DNA of 62,349 nucleotides, the filler included, from Scyliorhinus canicula (lineage: Eukaryota): the NCBI RefSeq assembly GCF_902713615.1. It is 4 parts of 4 records of this genome, joined end to end, with 100 filler letters (N's around TTAATTAATTAA, not from the genome) between each part and the next. Parts side by side here need not be neighbours in the genome. Positions count along the whole stretch, not along the records: positions 45,128 to 59,275 come from NW_024055444.1; positions 59,376 to 62,349 come from NW_024055806.1; 2 more parts are not named here. One strand, written 5' to 3'. Shown here in pieces: positions 49,867-59,470 of the stretch; position 1 is the stretch's first letter; each line of letters starts with the position of its first letter. The notes beneath the pieces were generated by a model. That model was given only the letters and a program-made list of their open reading frames with translations, made no database searches and was not told where the DNA came from. The position numbers and the translations under genes are program-made.

Positions 49867-50751
49867 GTTTCTGTACAGCTCTCTCCGTGCTCTCTATCAC
49901 TGTGTGTGTGATCCTCACCATGGTCAGGTTTCTGTACAGCTCTCTCCGTGATCTGTATCACTGTGTGTGTAATCCTCACCATGTTCAGGTTTCTGTACAG
50001 CTCCCTCCGTGCTCTGTATCACTGTGTGTGATCCTCACCATGTTCAGATCTCTGTACAGCTCTCTCCGTGCTCTGTATCACTGTGTGTGTAAACCTCACC
50101 ATGTTCAGGTTTCTGTACAGCTGTCTCCGTGATCTGTATCACTGTATGTGATCCTCACCATGTTCAGGTTTCTGTACAGCTCTCTCCCTGCTCTGTATCA
50201 CTGTGTGTGATCCTCACCATGTTCAGGTTTCTGTACAGCTGTCTCCGTGCTCTGTATCACTGTGTGTGTGATCCTCACCATGTTCAGGTTTCTGTCCAGC
50301 TCACTCCGTGCTCTGTATCACTGTGTGTGTGATCCTCACCATGTTCAGGTTTCTGTACAGCTGTCTCCGTGCTCTGTATCACTGTGTGTGTGATCCTCAC
50401 CATGTTCAGGTTTCTGTCCAGCTCACTCCGTGCTCTGTATCACTGTGTGTGTGATCCTCACCATGTTCAGGTTTCTGTACAGCTGTCTCCGTGCTCTGTA
50501 TCACTGTGTGTGTGATCCTCACCATGTTCAGGTTTTTGTACAGCTGTCTCCGTGCTCTGTATCACTGTGGTGTAATCCTCACCATGTTCAGGTTTCTGTA
50601 CAGCTCTCCCCGTGCTCTGTATCACTGTGTGTGTAATCCTCACCATGTTCAGGTTTCTGTACAGCTCTCTCCGTGCTCTGTATCACTGTGTGTGTAATCC
50701 TCACCATGTTCAGGTTTTTGTACAGCTGTCTCCGTGCTCTGTATCACTGTG
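49866..50751 (-). repeat. Tandem array of 15 23-RSS units (59-61 bp each)
   Basis: On minus each unit reads CACAGTG-23 nt-ACA(G/A)AAACC. Heptamers are perfect in 14 of 15 units, two nonamers are perfect ACAAAAACC, and one nonamer is degenerate. Confidence 0.95.
50713..50751 (-). other. 23-RSS of the supporting V-delta (perfect consensus)
   Basis: CACAGTG atacagagcacggagacagctgt ACAAAAACC. Confidence 0.96.
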
Positions 50752-51057
50752 CTGTGTGCCGGCTCAGTGCAGCGTAGTACACAGTGGAGTCGCTCGGTTG
50801 AAGTTTGGAGATCTTTAAACGGCTGATTTTCTTGGAAGTGTCGATAGAAGCAGAAATTCTCCCTCCGGCAGCGTTTTCTTTATTCGCGCCTCCTGAAGTG
50901 TGTCTCTGAAGCAGGAATTCCGGAGCCTGTCCTGGGGACTGGCGGTACCAGTGTACTGTGTACTGACAGAACCCTGAATATTCCCAATTTAAAGTAACTG
51001 TGTCACCGGCAGCAGAGTTTTGGATAGGCGGGTTCTTGGACACCGAGGAACTCGAAT
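50752..51057 (-). CDS. TRDV: Leaderless supporting TCR delta V segment of NAR-TCR; open frame, but canonical Cys replaced by W and A
   Basis: ccgccag|AT TCG acceptor; TVTLNWEYSGFCQYTVHWYRQSPGQAPEFLL...SDSTVYYAALS; CDR1 Cys; phase matches the J donor. Confidence 0.85.
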
Positions 51058-52929
51058 CTGGCGGATGAAAAAAACGTAATTTGTTTTATTCGGGAAGCCA
51101 TTATTTGTTAATCACGTGAATAGCTCAGTTGTTTATGGTATTGTTTTATTTTAATTCTGCTTGAACTGTATTAACTTTTATGTCAATATGAACCAGTGAG
51201 GAATGAGTGGTTATTATCTTTCCCGCCACAAGCTCGAAAGTTCCGCAATGCACACTCGGAATGTGTGGTGGGAACTGATTCCACAAAGACTTATCAACGG
51301 GCAATGACCGGGATAGGAAAATGCAGAGTTATAGGAAAATTAAATGGTTCATGGGAAGAAGTGTATTTCATTGACAAAGGGCAGCATCTGCCCGTGGGGC
51401 CTAATGCGATCCTTACTTCTGCATGGTTCTACCATGGGTGTGACATTTCTGCTCCTATTTTCCTTGCTGAGGAACAGACGCGAGGGAACATTTTCATATC
51501 AGTGAGACAATCTGTTTCCTGATATAATTGGCCGAGTGTAACCGAACTGCATTCATCACTTAGCACAGCAAGATCCAACAGAAAATGATTGCGATTCATT
51601 GGCTATGGATACAAACCGACGTTGGACATCCGTAATTAGATGTCAATCACTGACTGCAGTTTAACATTTCCCGGTGTTTCTGATTGCCTTTTACTCTGTC
51701 TATTTTCTTTAATCAATAATATTTTTCTCCGTTTCTCTTTAAATTGAATCATTTACTGTTAGTTTCATTTTATTTCTACATTTACTTTGCGCTGTTTGAG
51801 CTTTCCGTGATCGTGGGAACTTGTCCCAAAGTCTCTGAGTTGTAGGTTGGGTTCAGTCTGTTCAGTTTCCGCAGTGGGTTTCAATGTTACTCACTGGGAA
51901 CTGCCTCTTCCGGCTCTCTGACAATTACAATTCTTTCAGTTTATTAACTGATTCTATCTCGGGTTCTCTGAGCGAACTTTTCTGTAAGTTTTATATTGTG
52001 TATAATCTACTGAAGAGGAATGAACGATTTGGCCCAACTGATTTATGTCTGTGCAAACTCCAGGTCAGCCTAACCCGCCCGAAATCGAGTTGGCCATTTC
52101 CATCCAGCACCTTGTGTCGCTCCATTCTGTTTCCCCTCCTTTATTTTCCATCCTACCCATTTCTGAACCAATTGTCTTTGCTCCAACCACTCAATGTGGC
52201 AGCGATTAGTATACCCTGATGTCTCTGAGTTGAAATATCTGTTATCAATTTGTGTCTGTTTTCTGTTAATGACTATTACATGTTCAACGTCCCTTTCTCT
52301 GGAAAAACGCACAAATTGACATTCAGATTTATGTTCATAATTTAATTCATCTATAAATCCTCCTCGTGATTCTCCATCCCTCGGTGAAAGTGGACCCAAC
52401 ATGTTGAACCTTTCCAGAGAGATTTGCATTGCAGCTGATTTCCGTCCTCAGAACCGCAAGATTCAAAAGACAATTTCTAACGGGTAGAAGTAATACCGAC
52501 GAGACCACCTTTCAAAGTTGACCCGCCATTCATTTATATGCTCGCTGATCCCCTACATCAACAACCAGACCCCCATTGTCGCCATAACCTTTGATACTTT
52601 CATATCTAATAATCTATTCAACACTTCTGTGAATAAACTCACATCTGAGAATCCAGAACTCTTTGAGGAACAGAAATCAAAGATTCACATGAATTGGTTA
52701 ACTAAAGAAATGTATCATCTTCTTAACTCTACTGCCGAAACACATATTCTGAAACTGGGATCCCAAGTGAGAACCTAGCCAGCGTGGATACACTTACCCA
52801 GTATCTGTTCTGCCAAGCCCTTTGAACATATGGTATGTTCTGATGAAGTTACATCTCAGGGCTCTACATTACATGGAATATCGGTCTAAATAACTCAATT
52901 TCAACTCACAGTAATTTACCTCAGGAATA

Positions 52930-53630
52930 TTTGTTAAATTTCTTCCCAAGCATGGAGATAATTTCTGAACTGAGGTGACTGAACCCTATGCAGCATTCCA
53001 GACCATAGTCCCAGCACTGATCTCTGCTGAACACCACCAGTAGTCACAGCACTCCATTCAGCAAATAACCCTTCCATTACTACTCTCTGCCTTCTATGAC
53101 CTAGCCAGTTCTGTATCCTTCTTGCAAGCTCACAACTGATCCCGTGTGACTTCACCTTTTGTACCAGTGTGCCATGAGGGACCTTGTCAAAGGCCTTACT
53201 GAAGTCCATATAGACAACATCCACTGCCCTATCTGCAGCAACCACCATTGTGACCTCCTTGAAAAACTCTATTAAGTTAGTGAGACGACCTCCCCTTCAC
53301 AAAACCATGCTGCCTTTCACTCATACGTCTACTTGCTTCCAAATGGGAGTAGATCCTGTCTCGAAGAATTCTCTCCACTAATTTCCCTACCACTGATGTA
53401 AGGCTCACTGGCTTGTAGTTCCCTGGATTATCCTTGCTCCCTTCTTAAACAATAGAACAACATAGGCTATTCTCCAGTCCTCTGGAACATACCTGAAGAC
53501 AGTGAGGATCCAAAGATTTCAATCAAGGCCTCAGCAATTTCCTCGCTAGCCTTCTTCAGTATTCTGGGGTAGATCCCATCAGGCCCTGGGGACTTTTCCA
53601 CCTTAATATTTTTCATGACGATAATCCTCA
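52930..53630 (-). mobile_element. CR1-type LINE RT fragment in the J to supporting-V intron
   Basis: AVDVVYMDFSKAFDKVPHG.L..K...HGI...WI.NWL. Confidence 0.88.
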
Positions 53631-54048
53631 ACTCTACTATCCCACCTTATACCCCTAACGCTCGACGCCCTCACTGAATACATGTCTGTCTCTTTCAGCC
53701 TTGAACATGCTTAGCGCCAATATTTCACAGTTTCACGGCCGTCTGAGAGAACAAGTTCCTCCTAGTCTCTGTTTTACATGGCGCCCCTTGACTCAGAGAT
53801 TATGCCCTCTGGTTCGAGACACTCCCACAAAAGGAAATCCTCTCAGGATCCAGCCTGTCAAAACCCCAGATTATCCTATCTGTCTCAATAAGGTCAAGTC
53901 TCTTTCTTCGAATCTCCTTTATAGAAATTACCTCCAAAGACGGGGCCAACCTCGTGAATTTTCTCCGGACTGTTTCAAATGTCGGTACATGCGCTTCCTC
54001 AAATGTTGCGTTTCTTCACATGGTGCATCAATCACATTGCGCAGTTCA

Positions 54049-54385
54049 GGAGCCTCACGGTAGCATGGTGGTTAGCATCAATGCTTCACAGCTCCAGGGT
54101 CCCAGGTTCGATTCCCGGCTGGGTCACTGTCTGTGTGGAGTCTGCACACGTCCTCCCCGTGTGCGCGTGGGTTTCCTCCGGGTGCTCCGGTTTCCTCCCA
54201 CAGTCCAAAGATGTGCGGGTTAGGTGGATTGGCCATGCTAAATTGCCCATAGTGTAAGGTTAATGGGGGGATTGTTGGGTTACGGGTATACGGGTTACGT
54301 GGGTTTAAGTGGGGTGATCATTGTGGCGCTGTCTTCAACATCGAGGGCCGAAGGGCCTGTTCTGTGCTGTACTGTTCTATGTTCT
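54049..54385 (+). mobile_element. HE1-like SINE
   Basis: Full-length copy, nearly identical to 45691-46018. Confidence 0.88.
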
Positions 54386-54799
54386 AAGCTCTAAGAGCCG
54401 ATGTGATGACCAAATGGACAGACACAGAGCCCCCTCACAGACCAACTCCGACAGCGGAGTCCGGACTGTCGACAATCTGCTTTCATTAAAAACAGTTAGG
54501 AATGATAGAGCCTGTGATGTTGAGCATGGACATGATGTGCCATTAAACTAGTAATGGTCCACATACTGTCAACACCAATTACCACTACCCCGATCCCTCT
54601 GACCTCCTGCTCCATATACAGTTTCCACAGGAAAGACCTGGACCCAACTCCAGAATCAAAATTTGCCGCCAAGAATATTACTTAGAAAGCAGATCAGCTC
54701 CAGTTTCAATCGGTTTTAAGAAATACGGATCATAATAATAAACTGAGGGCTAACATTCACGGACACGCTCTGTAAAATAGCGAGTTTGGAGACACTTAC

Positions 54800-54852
54800 C
54801 GGCTGTGACAGTCACCACCGTCCCGGATCCATCTGCATGTTTCCAGTTACCA
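54800..54852 (-). CDS. NAR-TCR J segment (GNWKHADGSGTVVTVTA)
   Basis: IgNAR/IgH-like GSGTVVTV; donor G|gtaagt; preceded by a 23-RSS. Confidence 0.9.
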
Positions 54853-54891
54853 CACAGTGACACGGCTCTCAGACTCCCCGGTACAATAACC
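54853..54891 (-). other. 23-RSS 5' of J
   Basis: GGTTATTGT-23 nt-CACTGTG. Confidence 0.92.
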
Positions 54892-55203
54892 ACCGTCACC
54901 TCAAACAGCAGGAAAATGATCACCAATCATTCGAAGCTGCCCAATTATTCGGGGGGTCGAAATACATAAACAACATCCAATGTTTCAAAGACTCTGTTGA
55001 TTTAAACCGTTCTCTGTGAGGCCCTGAGCTATGACTAAATGGCTGGAGGCAGGAAATATTCGCTTCATATAAACCGACGAAAATGATAAAGAAAGATGGA
55101 AATGGTGGAAATGACAATGAAACGTAACCAGGTTACAGCCATGATAACATCATCCCGATAATTCGCCACCAGGCCGGGCGAATTGTTATTTGCTTTATAC
55201 AGA

Positions 55204-55274
55204 GGAAATTGTCCCGGTCTCTGTCACTGTGAATAGTCCAGTGTAGCACCGTATGGCAAGTCAATATAAAATCC
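55204..55274 (-). other. NAR-TCR D segment (55232-55246, CTACACTGGACTATT) with 12/12 RSS
   Basis: 5' GGATTTTAT-12-TACGGTG; 3' CACAGTG-12-ACAATTTCC; about 380-390 nt from both V and J. Confidence 0.88.
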
Positions 55275-55597
55275 CCGGCTATATGGTGAACGTGGGGACA
55301 TAACTTCAACAGTGGGGACTGCGGTTCCCAGTTCCCTCTGTTGGAACAGGATCCGGCTGGTCTGAGGGTTCGTCACTGAGATCAGTTATTCCCAATCTCC
55401 ATTCACTGACACTAAGTTCTGGAAAAGTATCAACATCCGCACAAACTCGGCGTTTATAAATCTCAAGATGTTAACGGGAATGATCCAGTCTCATTATAAA
55501 CCAGAGCATGGGACAGACAGTATGAGGCGGAACTGTGGGGGTTTCAGGGCAGATTAACTCCGCTTTTACATTTGTTTCTGTGATAATCCGCACTGAG

Positions 55598-55635
55598 GCA
55601 TTTTGTATCGCGGGAAGCCGAGACCCATCACTGTG
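55598..55635 (-). other. 22-bp-spacer RSS 3' of the NAR-TCR V
   Basis: CACAGTG atgggtctcggcttcccgcgat ACAAAATGC. Confidence 0.88.
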
Positions 55636-55926
55636 TGTTCCAGTATCTGTACTGAGCTTTACAGAAATAGGTGGCGCTGTCTTCAACTCTCACATCCCGA
55701 ATTTCCAGCGAAAATGTCTTTTCTGCTTTATTCACCGACACAACAAATTTCCCTCCGCTGGAGATCCGCTCCCAATCTGCCCCGGGCTGGGGTTGTCTGA
55801 AGAAATCCCCGCTTTTCAAATAAGGATAATATAATCCTCTATACAGAACACAGGTGATAGTGAGAGTCTGACACTCCTCCTTGGTCATCGCTTCTGGGTC
55901 CTGTGTCACTGACTGACTGAAATATC
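55636..55926 (-). CDS. NAR-TCR V exon (VNAR-like, short FR2/CDR2)
   Basis: ccag|GA TAT; SVTQDPEAMTKEECQTLTITC...WERISSGGKFVVSVNKAEKTFSLEIRDVRVEDSATYFCKAQ aligns by eye with the VNAR framework; non-canonical FR1 Cys. Confidence 0.92.
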
Positions 55927-56075
55927 CTGGAAATTAAACAGAGGCAGTTTAATGGACCATCACAGCCAGAAACACAGATCAGGGCTAAAACCCCAGACAG
56001 GGTCTGTAATTGGGATGGACTCGGGCAGCTTTGTGTTAAATCCACACAATGTGGGTTAGTCTGATTGGTACTCAC

Positions 56076-56121
56076 CGGGTAAACAGACGCACAGGGTGAA
56101 AACAAGGAGGATTCCCGTCAT
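56076..56121 (-). CDS. Leader exon of the NAR-TCR V (MTGILLVFTLCVCLPG)
   Basis: 46 nt, hydrophobic, G|gtgagt donor, phase 1, in frame with the V exon. Confidence 0.92.
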
Positions 56122-56405
56122 TCTGCTGCCTGGAGCTGATGGTTTAGATGTCGGGGATCGGGAGACTGCAAACCTGGACTGCTCTGGGAGACTGCGCCTC
56201 AGACCTGAACTGAAATTAAATTACGTCCTTAAATCGGTAAATTAGGCCACGCCCCGAGGCAACCTCACAACAGAACTTGAGTATTGAAGCGGTACAGTCG
56301 GTTGCAAACACTCAGTCGAACATCCACAGCTCTTGCTACCAGGGAGCCTCCAGTTGCCTGTCGCTTCATTGGATTTGTGAGCTGGGTTCAAACGTAGCTC
56401 AAACT

Positions 56406-56662
56406 GGGCGCCAAGGTAGCACAGTGGTGAGCACTGTTGCTTCACAGTGCCAGGCACCCGGGTTTGATTTCTGACTTGGGTCACTGTCTGTGTGCGGAGT
56501 CTGAACATTTTCCCCGTGTCTGCGTGGGTTTCCTCCAGGTGCTGCGGGTTCCTTCCACAAGTCCCGAAAGACGTGCTGTTAGATGAATTGAACATTCCGA
56601 ATTCTCCCTCTGTGAGCCCGAACAAGCGCCGGAATGTGGCAACTAGGGGATTTTCACAGTAA
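56406..56662 (+). mobile_element. HE1-like SINE
   Basis: agcactgttgcttcacagtgccagg head; gggtttcctcc core. Confidence 0.7.
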
Positions 56663-57714
56663 ATGTCTGATCAGAATGCCGGAACCTCAGGACCAGCAAC
56701 TTCCTTCAATCCAGAAACTGATGATCAGGTTACAGTATGATACAGACCACTGATAATATCCAGGTAGATATTTACAATATACATGATGATTATTGCACCA
56801 TCGCCGTCTATGTTTTATAATACCAACAATGCTTCAATTTAGTAATGATTATTTTCCAGTTCTGTCATATTCAGAATGCTCATTTGCAGTGACAGAGAAT
56901 GGACAAATATTCAGAAGGACAACGTACACTGTGGGATCGGGTTAGGGGCTTGGAAGAATGAGGACAGACAATATAAAGTGAATGATGCAAGTTGGTAGGC
57001 ACTGGGGAAAGAGCGAGAGAGGTGATGTGACCGGAGGGAAGGTTGAGACTTCTGTTAAATCCATTTTAAGTTATTGGCTTGATCAGCAGGAAGCGTGTAC
57101 AGAGGTGAAACTGTTGAAGGTGACTATGCATTTGTATACCGTTGATAATATCTCGGCTAGATTAATGTTCAAATCTGGACTGCACATCTGAGAATGATTT
57201 GAGGGTCTCAGAAAGGGTGCGGGTCAGAATCATTAATATTGAACTAATGAAGAAATGCTTCCGCTTTGTGCAAAGACTGGGGAATGTGATCCTGCCCTCC
57301 GTAAAACAGAGAAGTCTGAGCGAATATTTGGTTGACATTAGACCACAAGACTATAAGATATAGGAGCAGAATTAAGCCACACGGCCCATCGAGTCTGCTC
57401 TGCTCTCAACAATTCCAGTTGAATAAATAAGGAAATATTGCCTCTAGTGGCAGCAGGTTCAGTCACCAGAGGACTGTCATTTGAAGGATTGGTATCTGCT
57501 AAAGAACCCAAGACAAGTTTGCAGACATTTCCTTTGCAATGTGAGTGTTTGTGACGTGTTCACTGACTGAAAGGCAAGCGGATTTAAAAGTCAAAAAAGG
57601 AATAGGATAACGTCCTTAAATTGATCCTTCAGCAAGGCAGCGGGACGGAGCAGTGGAGTGAGAGTAAATTGGTAGTTCTGCGCAGAGTTCATCGGCACCA
57701 TGTGCTGACTGAAT

Positions 57715-58085
57715 GAAATGAAATAAAAATCGCTTATTGTCACAAGATGAAAGATGAAAATCGCTTATTGTCACGAGTAGGCTTCAATGAAGTTACTGTG
57801 AAAAGCCCCTAGTCGCCACATTCAGGCGCCTGTCCGGGGAGGCTGGTACGGGGATCGAACCGTGCTTCTGGCCTGCTTGGTTTGCTTTAAAAGCCAGCGA
57901 TTTAGCCCAGTGAGCTAAACCAGTCCCACAAGTAGGCTTCAATTAAGTTACTGTGAAAAGCCGCTAGTCGCCACATTCCGGCGCCTGTTCCGGGAGGCTG
58001 GTACGGAAATTGAACCGTGCTGCTGGCTTGCCTTGATCTGCTTTCAATGCCAGTGATTTAGCCCTATGCTAAACCAGCCCCTGAC
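57715..58085 (-). mobile_element. Two tandem copies of a short tRNA-derived SINE
   Basis: gtaggcttcaat.aagttactgtgaaaagcc.ctagtcgccacatt occurs twice; same family on + at 58458-58635. Confidence 0.75.
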
Positions 58086-58457
58086 CTCATTGTGGGAATG
58101 AATGATGAGGGAATGAAACAGGAAGTTCTTGATGATTCCAGTATCCAAATATTTACCTATTTCCTGTGCAGTTACTTTTCGAATTTCTGTACTAATCTAA
58201 TGCAATTGAGTAACATATGGCGTGAGTAAAATGTTTGGAGAAGGAAGGTATGGCTTTACCGAGTTCATACTCCAGAGACAACCACCAAGATCTGGCAACG
58301 TCCAAGGACGGAGGAGGCTGTGTTTTAGTCACATGAGTCCTAAAGGAGAAGCAGAGAAAGCAATTTTCTTTAACACACCGAGTATCTGGTCGTTTGACTG
58401 AAACATATAGATAAAGCGGAGAGTTGGCTGCACATTGCTTAAAGACCATAAGACCAT

Positions 58458-58635
58458 AGGGGCTGGTTTACCACAGTGGGGCTAAACAGCTGACTTATAA
58501 TACAGAACAAGGCCGGCAGCGCGGGTTCAATTCCCGTACCAGCCTCCCCGAACAGGCGCCCGAATGTGGCAACTAGGGGCTTTTCACAGTAACTTCATTG
58601 AAGCCTACTTGTGACAATAAGCGGTTATTATTATT
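58458..58635 (+). mobile_element. Short tRNA-derived SINE with a (tta)n tail
   Basis: ggggctggtttaccacagt...gggttcaattcccgtaccagcc. Confidence 0.75.
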
Positions 58636-58639
58636 ATCA

Positions 58640-59275
58640 TATAAGACATAGAAGCAGAATTAGGCCACTCGACCCATTGAGTCTGCTCCGCCATTCAATC
58701 ATGGCTGATATTTTTCTCATCCCCATTCGCCTGCCTACTCCCCATAACCTCTGATCCCCTTTTTGATCAAGAACCTATCTATCTCTGTCTTAAAGACACG
58801 CAGTGATTTGGCCTCCACAGCCATCTGCGGCAAAGAGTTCTACAGATTCATCACCCTCTGGCTGAAGAAATTCCTCCTCATCTCTGTTTTAAAGGATCGT
58901 CCCTTTAGTCTGAGATTGTGTCCTCTGGTTCTAGTTTTTCCTACAAGTGGAAACATCCTCTCCACGTCCACTCTATCCAAACCTCGTAGTATCCTGTAGG
59001 TTTCAATAAGATCCCCCACTCATCCTTCTAAACTCCTACGAGTACAGACCATGATTCTCAACCGTTTCTCATACGATAAGCTCTTCATTCCAGGGATCCT
59101 TCTTGTGAACCTCCTCTGGACCCTTTCCAAGGCCAGCACATCATTCCTTAGGTACGGGGCCAAACACTGCTCACAGTACTCCAATTTGAGTCTGACCAGA
59201 GCCTTATACAGCCTCTGAAGTACATCCCTGGTCTTCGATTCCAACCCTCTTGACATGAATGAAAACATTGCTGCC
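58640..59275 (-). mobile_element. CR1-type LINE 3' fragment
   Basis: [39 protein letters not shown]. Confidence 0.88.
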
Positions 59276-59375
59276 NNNNNNNNNNNNNNNNNNNNNNNNN
59301 NNNNNNNNNNNNNNNNNNNTTAATTAATTAANNNNNNNNNNNNNNNNNNNNNNNNNNNNNNNNNNNNNNNNNNNN
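59276..59375. other. Assembly gap
   Basis: N run with spacer. Confidence 0.98.
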
Positions 59376-59424
59376 ATTGCAAACAATGGAACATAGGAAG
59401 AAACGATCTCAAAAATCCACTCAC

Positions 59425-59470
59425 CGGGCAACACGACCATGGTTAGCGGGAAAGGACATAGGAGAAATAT
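59425..59470 (-). pseudogene. Possible orphan V leader exon with ATA in place of ATG ((I)FLLCPFPLTMVVLPG)
   Basis: 46 nt, gccATA context, ends CCC G|gtgagt like the NAR-TCR leader; a V exon would lie in the gap. Confidence 0.4.

Noticed and set aside
49866-50751. CRISPR-like regular repeat array
   Set aside because: No unique spacers and a vertebrate context; it is an RSS-containing minisatellite.
52422-52429. Octamer ATTTGCAT in the J to supporting-V intron
   Set aside because: A single 8-mer is expected by chance in a window this size; the other copy (near 48423) is inside a LINE tail.
57439-57454. CTCF-like TGCCTCTAGTGGCAG upstream of the NAR-TCR V
   Set aside because: One G short of the core consensus and no second copy to support it.
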